From Ranitomeya imitator (lineage: Eukaryota): DNA of 64,000 bases. The notes under the pieces are model-generated. The model was not told where the DNA came from. It searched no databases and saw only the letters and a program-made list of their open reading frames with translations. Positions 61,461 to 64,000 of this stretch are shown here, piece by piece. The position numbers and the translations under genes are program-made. Where the stretch lies: NCBI RefSeq assembly GCF_032444005.1, contig NC_091289.1, positions 24,614,001-24,678,000 of the forward strand, given 5' to 3'. Every line of letters begins with the position of its first letter. The stretch's first letter is position 1.

Positions 61461-64000
61461 TTTTTTTTTTTTTAAATTCGTTTATTAATTGCAGAATAAA
61501 TCATACAATACACACATTTGCATTTGATTCTATCATTATCCATTATGACATACAATGTGAATCGTTACAATGCATAGTATTACAAAAGTAATAAACAGTG
61601 CATGTCAATCACAAGTATCTTATTGTAAAACCTTAACTACCTCAACTACTAAAAGAACGAAAAGAACTAAAAAAAAAAAAAAAAAACGCCGCCAAAAGAA
61701 AGTTCCGTATAGATTTCACCCTGTAAGTAATGTCTCCAAAACCACAGGCCTCACTTCCTATGTATATATTAGAGTATTATAGGTTATAGAGTAAGATGAG
61801 AGGAGTTCCATTTACCCCATATTTTCTCAAATTTATCTGGACATCCTCTATTCTGATATAGTGTCCGTTCATACGGGATAATTGAGTTCACTAAATCTAC
61901 CCAAGCTCTAAGAGATGGGCAAGAACCACCCATCCATCTCAGCGCCAGTACTTTTCGCGCCAGGAACAGTGTCTCTCGCAAAAAAATCCCAGTGTGGTGG
62001 TCCCAAACTCCTGCATCCCACACCCCAAATAAGCAGGTCAATGGCTCAAGTGGGACAGGGATCAACAGCAAGGATGTCAACAATGTTGTCACCTCTTTCC
62101 AATAATGAGAGATAATGGGACATCTCCATATCATATGAATAAAATCCGCATCACTTAAGTGACATCTCAGACAATCTGACGAATGGAGACGTCCCATCTT
62201 GAAAAGACGAGTCGGGGTCAGATAGGATTGATATATTATGTACAGCTGAGTCATCCTATTGTTAATTGATGGGGAAACCTTAGTTGGAGATTCCAAAATG
62301 TCTTCCCATTCTTCCCCCAGCGTATCCGGAAGAAGCCCCTCCCACCTTTTCTTAATAGAATCTATAGTAGACCCCTCTCCTATGGATAATAGATAAGTGT
62401 ATAAAGAGGAGATAAGTCCTTGAGGGCCTTGTGAATTGAGAATACCTATCAGTGGAAGAGATGAAATGGCTCGACCCGTACCCACATTTCGCATGTGTGA
62501 TTGAAAGGTTGATCTCAACTGCAGATAGCTGAAAAACTGGGATCTTGGGATGTTATAAGTATTTTGTAATTGTTCAAAGGAGGTAAAAAAACCCTGGTTG
62601 TGTACATTTCCTACTGAGAGAACACCGTGTGATATCCAAAATTCCGTGGATGGGTGGCCTAATAATCCCGGGAGATAACTGTTATTCCACAGTGGCATTT
62701 CAGCCACTATATCAACAAATTTGGTTATTTTTTTTATTTGACTCCATATTGATCTTGCCAACCGAAGCAAAGGAAGCAAACGGGGAACACCGACCCTCTC
62801 CATCTCCAAAAACCCCAGTGGACAATCGATCCTAGCAGAGTAAAGTAGATGACTCTCTGAATTAGGAAGAGGATTAGAATTATTGGGCATCCACTTATTT
62901 ATCATTTTAACCTGCCCGGTTATAAGTAGAAGTCTGGCAAAGCCGCTCCTCCCCCCCGTCTCGGTCTCTGTAGAGTAGATAACCTAAGTTTAGGCCTACT
63001 TTTCCCCCATATAAAGGACGTGGTTAGGGAATTTAGAGTCGCAAAGAGGGATTTAGGTATTGGGACGGCACTATGTTGAAGGCAGTAGTTTAACTTGGGA
63101 AGCAGTATCATTTTGATCAAATTAATGCGGCCAGCCACAGAGAGAGGGAGTTTATCCCAAGTATTAAATTTAGATTTTACCAGATCAATTAATGGGTAAA
63201 TGTTAAATTGTAAATCAAATCTACTATGTTGAGACATATGTATTCCTAGATATTTGAAATTAGAGACAATGGGTAACGCCGAGAGAGTCCCGAGACGCAA
63301 CATTGGGACATGAGAAAGAGGCATCAGGGCAGACTTATCCCAATTTATATAAAGACCAGAGAATTTGCTAAATTTGTCTATAATTGTTATTACTTTTGGT
63401 AGCGTATCCTCTGTTTGATCCATAAATACCACCATATCATCAGCATAGAGGCCAATAATATCTACCCGATCTGCAATGCGTATCCCCTTGATGTCGCTGG
63501 AGGATCTCATCTGTATTGCCAGAGCCTCTATTGCCAATGCAAATAGAGCAGGGGAGAGAGGGCACCCCTGGCGAGTCCCTCTATGTAAAGAAAAAGGCTC
63601 GGATATTGAGCCATTCACTATCATACGCGCCCTAGGTTTCGTATATAATGTTCCTATCCCTTTCAGAAATCTGTCCCCAAAACCATACTTCCGCAAACAT
63701 GCAAACAGAAAGGACCACTCGAGGGAGTCAAAAGCTTTGGCTGCATCCAGCGATGCCAATGCCCACTTATTATCTGGCTCCAAAGAGCTATATTGAATAA
63801 CCGATTGGACCCGTCTAATATTGATGGAAGTACTTTTCCCAGGCATAAAGCCTGTTTGATCTGGGTGTATGAGATCTAATATAATCGTATTCAGTCTGGT
63901 AGCCAGAATTTTAGTAAAAATCTTGTAATCTACGTTCACCAGGGATATAGGTCGGTACGATCCACAATCGAGAGGATCCTTCCCCTCTTTCCTGTGTACT
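61461..64000 (-). mobile_element. L1/Tx1-clade non-LTR retrotransposon, 3' 2.5 kb (continues beyond the window)
   Basis: A13 tail (T run 61461-73) preceded by AATAAA; ~310-bp 3' UTR; ORF2 RT and C-terminal Cys/His region. Confidence 0.95.
61784..63999 (-). pseudogene. L1-type ORF2 (RT plus C-terminal CCHC), one frameshift near 62906-62922
   Basis: YRPISL, DQTGF, SLDAAKAFD, GTRQGCPLSP, LYADD, FKYLG in 62920-63999; second frame 61784-62905 contains CLRC...HMIWRC. Confidence 0.9.

Overview
Repeat-dense eukaryotic genomic DNA with three assembly gaps. The repeat content (TTAA-flanked T2/Kolobok-type MITEs, Tc1, CR1/L2/RTE/L1 LINEs, a V-SINE, LTRs) is typical of a frog; the taxon is an inference. 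No complete host gene could be identified. The only long credible coding regions are an intact 340-aa DD34E Tc1 transposase (7506-8528, minus) in a full-length 1606-bp IR/DR element, and a frameshifted L1/Tx1-clade ORF2 (61784-64000, minus) running off the window. The Tc1 sits in a ~7.1-kb TTAA-flanked, non-autonomous piggyBac-like element with a hairpin array, telomere-like repeats and eight ~390-bp internal tandem repeats. The rest is nested MITEs, solo LTRs, LINE 3' fragments, a Helitron-like element, decayed Penelope-type hammerhead motifs and several mini/microsatellites. The most unusual non-TE signal is a pair of identical candidate 5-nt micro-exons (AG|CTGGG|GTAAG) at 4283 and 13676, which with other isolated exon-like segments suggests the window may be intronic to a large plus-strand gene. 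All calls were made by eye without database searches.
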